Below are positions 60,714-64,000 of a stretch of DNA of 64,000 nt, piece after piece. The DNA is from Podarcis vaucheri (taxonomy: Eukaryota). The notes beneath the pieces were generated by a model that made no database searches, had not been told where the DNA came from, and saw only the letters and a list, made by a program, of their open reading frames with translations. Numbering within the stretch: position 1 is the first letter of the stretch; the number at the start of each line of letters is the position of its first letter. Both the position numbers and the translations under genes were made by a program. Where the stretch lies: assembly GCA_965113315.1 (NCBI GenBank), contig OZ220367.1. The stretch is one strand, 5' to 3'.

Positions 60714-61449
60714 TGTTGCGGTGGGGGATACAAGCCACCCTATTGTTGCTGGGCTGATTTGTGGAGGGACCCAGGCAGTGTACTGGTTAATCGGGTCACT
60801 GGGGAGAACTGCTTGTTGCCAATTTTGAAGGAGGGGTCAGAGGTTTTAAATACTGGTCACCCAACTTTGCACCGGATCACCCGCCCACCCTCCCTATATT
60901 GGGGGGGGTTGTTCACTTGACCTTGCTATGCCTGTCATGGGGTCATCTGCTTTGTGGCAGGGCCTGGTACGAATTTGTCCATTTGGCTGATTGGCTGGTG
61001 CCATTTGGTTTTGCCTACTGCGTAGCAAATCGTCACAACTTGTAAAGTTGACGGTTAGGCATTGGTTAAAATTGGTTGGTGGAGGGGTAAGTGCCTAGCC
61101 CTCCAATGGTGGTGCGGAAAGGGAATTCCGTTAAAGGAATCAGGGGGCTTGCCATTCTTTTCGTCCTTGTCCCTGGCATCGGACTTGGGCCGTGCACGCC
61201 ACCAGGAGCAGGAGGGTGAGAAGGGAGGGACTGAGACCCAGCTTCATCTTCTCCCCAAAATTTGTTTCCCGCACTGGCTTTCGCTGGAATCCGGAAGTCA
61301 GTTCTGTCCCCTGGGCAAGGACAGACAGTCTGAACCAATGCCTAAGCAACCACTCACCTGGATGTATTTAAATAAAGTTGTGGACAAAATCGTGCCGAAA
61401 ACCCAAACCAAAATTGATGTGTGTGGCTTGGGGACCTCGACACGCAACT
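60714..61449 (+). mobile_element. Solo LTR (probably ERV-type)
   Basis: TGTTGCG start, TTTAAATA box, AATAAA near 61371 and ...CACGCAAC end; homologous to the reverse complement of 28547-29289. Confidence 0.7.
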
Positions 61450-61723
61450 CTGAATACAAGTAGGGGGGAACCACAAGTGAGGAGAATGTGTTAGGATCAG
61501 GTCTTGCTTGTGGGGCTTCCAACAGGCATGTGGTTGGTCACTGTACTACAGGACAATGGAATACATGGGCTTTGAGGCCTGGTTTAGTGGGGATTTTCCT
61601 ATATTCTTATAAATGAACGATTATGAAATCTCATTTAGAGTTATTCACTAGGAAGTTCACAACTTTCCTCCTGACCATTTATCATTTAATGATTCAAGAG
61701 AGCTGTTGTTTCCCCCACATCCT

Positions 61724-61724
<1 letters not shown>

Positions 61725-61760
<36 letters not shown>
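61725..61760. repeat. (CA)n microsatellite
   Basis: CA run. Confidence 0.9.
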
Positions 61761-61765
<5 letters not shown>

Positions 61766-62450
61766 GACACACCAAAGCCAACAATGCTTCAGTTTTCAGA
61801 CAATCAGCTGTGGCATAGTTCCTTTGAAACATTCTAAAATTGTTACTTCCTCTGCAGCTGAGTTGGTCTGACAGCACAGTAGATTGTGGTCACCAGAGCC
61901 AACATAAGCAGATCTACCAATACAGCATTTGTTCTGTCAGCTGCAAGCCAAACACATTAAATTAATACACAGTTTTTCAGCAACCTTCACAGATCAGGCA
62001 AGTTAAGATAGCATTTGCTGTGACAGATGCAAGTCAGCGGACACAGAAAACCAGCAGCTGCAGAGAACATGGAACAGAAACCAATCACTTCCTATCTTTC
62101 TCAGCATATAAGCACACTGTAATGGTGGAGTGTAACTCTAAAACCCAAAAGCAAGCAAACAAGAATACAGAGACTTATAGGGCACTATAAGAAAAGGAGC
62201 GGAAAGGCAGACTAGACCCCAGCACTTTTCACCTTCCAAAATTAATGGTTTTGGGAAAGCACATGAAAGACACACAACCACCCACAGAAAAAGAGAAAGG
62301 AGAAAAGTATAAGACAATGAGTTTGTTTAAACTTCCTACAGGTAGTGGGAAGCAAACATAAATTTACATGAACTGCTAGTTGTAAAAGCAGAAGTTAATA
62401 CACAACTTAATATTTACTTAGATTTACTTGTCAATAACAATCTCTGGTTT

Positions 62451-62574
62451 AGTAGCACCTTAGAGACCAAGTTTGTATACCCAGAACAAACTTAGTCTCT
62501 AAGGTGCTACTGGACAATTTTTTAATTTTTTAAATTTATTTCGACTGTGTCAGACCAAGACGGCTACCTACCTG
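62451..62574. mobile_element. Short Penelope-like remnant with 5' inversion
   Basis: Hairpin AGTAGCACCTTAGAGAC...GTCTCTAAGGTGCTACT and 12-bp TSD AATCTCTGGTTT (62439-62450, 62575-62586); related to 22871. Confidence 0.75.
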
Positions 62575-63441
62575 AATCTCTGGTTTGTTAGTTATTTTGT
62601 ACCAGTGTACCCATCCAAATTTTGCTCTGGTAATATTAGCTTTATTGATCAGCTATACCACATTATAAATTTAAAAACAATGCCATAATATGTCAACCGG
62701 CTAATCAAATGATTCTGAATGGATATTTTTTACACATTGTGCTGATATTAGTGTTGGTGGATTTTAAAAAAATAAAAATGTTTAGCTGTAAATACATAAA
62801 GGAACTTATAAATCCTTGCATTTATCTCTTCCTCTCTCCTGCACCTATATAAATATGTGTGTACGTGTGTATAATTGCACCTTTCTAAATACCTGTTAAT
62901 GTAAAATAGTTATTGCGGCAACAGTTCTAGAAACGTAATTTAACTAGAACGTCGTGTAAAACAATGCCAAATTACTGAAAAGATGGGAATTTATATGCAG
63001 TAGAACGTGCAGCATTTCCTATTAACCGAAGTGCATAAACTATTTAACTCTTTTTTATCTTTTGGCCCTTCTGGGATAACCTCCTTCCTGGTTTTGGCTC
63101 AGCCCTAAAATTTACTGTGAATGTAAGAAAGAGCATCTAAGAAACACTGCTAGGAATTTGCAGGTACACATCTCTCACAACCATCAAAGACACGACTTCT
63201 GGGCAATCTTGTGTCACAGCATGTTAGAAACAGAGTAGTGTGCCACTCAAGAGAATGATCAAAACAGGAAGTAGCATTAACTGCCTCATTGAAAGCTACT
63301 GGCCAGTAGACAGGATGCAAATATTTTGAACACACACTATTATGATGCTTCAAATGTCAATCAATCATGTTGGTGAAGAAGAGAATGAGAAAATGAGTCT
63401 TTAACCATTTATAAACTTAGAAGGCGGGAAAATGCAGTTAC

Positions 63442-63578
63442 CTCCTGGCTATCCTTGTTCTGGTTTGGCCAGAAAATCTTGTGATAAAGACTTTCCATTG
63501 AATTGCTAGAATCTGATCGATCAAAGCAGTGTCTATCCAGAACCTCCAATGTGTGCAAAACGCGGCTGATAGTCACCC
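63442..63578 (-). CDS. MED12L: MED12L exon (VTISRVLHTLEVLDRHCFDRSDSSNSMESLYHKIFWPNQNKDSQE)
   Basis: AG/GT bounded, 137 nt, phase 1/0; joins in frame to the exon at 47645. Confidence 0.95.
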
Positions 63579-64000
63579 CTAGAAGACAGAGAAACAGAAA
63601 AGAGTATATTTACATTGTGAAATCCGAGAAATTCTTTATATAGTATTAACTGTCGTCTTATAAAACAGAAAACAAAAAAAAGAACAAATAAAAGTTTCTA
63701 CAATTGTTTTCTTTTGTAGGAATTAAGGAGTTGTATGTATGTGTAATAAGTTCATTTCGTGTTTCGTTTTGCGTTTGTGAGTATTGTATTTATCAATTAA
63801 AAAAAGTTAGAATTTTTTTTTTTAAGTTTCTACAACAGCACTGTCTTGTTTTTGATTCTCACCTTAAAGAATGGTAGGAACTTGTCTTAAGTATTTGATA
63901 ATACCATCCACCCTTTTCAGTGTTTTTCTTCAAGTCTCTACTGCTTTCCTTCTGGCTTTAACCTGCCTAGTCGCATCTTTCAAAATAGATGATTGCAAGA

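Overview
Vertebrate genomic DNA. The Sauria-type SINEs, Bov-B, CR1 and Penelope repeats point to a squamate, probably a lacertid lizard. The window covers part of MED12L on the minus strand: six coding exons between 41361 and 63578, then one very large intron running to the window start. Three P2Y12-like GPCR genes are nested antisense in that intron: GPR87 (two coding exons), P2RY14 and GPR171. This matches the conserved vertebrate MED12L/P2Y cluster. The most notable accessory feature is a very young 5.56-kb Ty3/Gypsy chromovirus of the Tf1/sushi type (4727-10288, minus), with apparently identical 453-bp LTRs and an ATAAC target-site duplication (TSD). It has an 11-nt self-priming PBS instead of a tRNA PBS and a -1 frameshift heptamer followed by an H-type pseudoknot. 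Its pol frame continues through about three quarters of the LTR. A solo LTR of a different family (1909-2695) keeps an open frame in the same register with a similar acidic-then-basic tail, which suggests an LTR-encoded integrase extension under selection. Penelope remnants carry minimal hammerhead ribozyme motifs. Many MITEs, SINEs and LINE fragments fill the introns. All coordinates were read by eye, and boundaries of old repeats are approximate.
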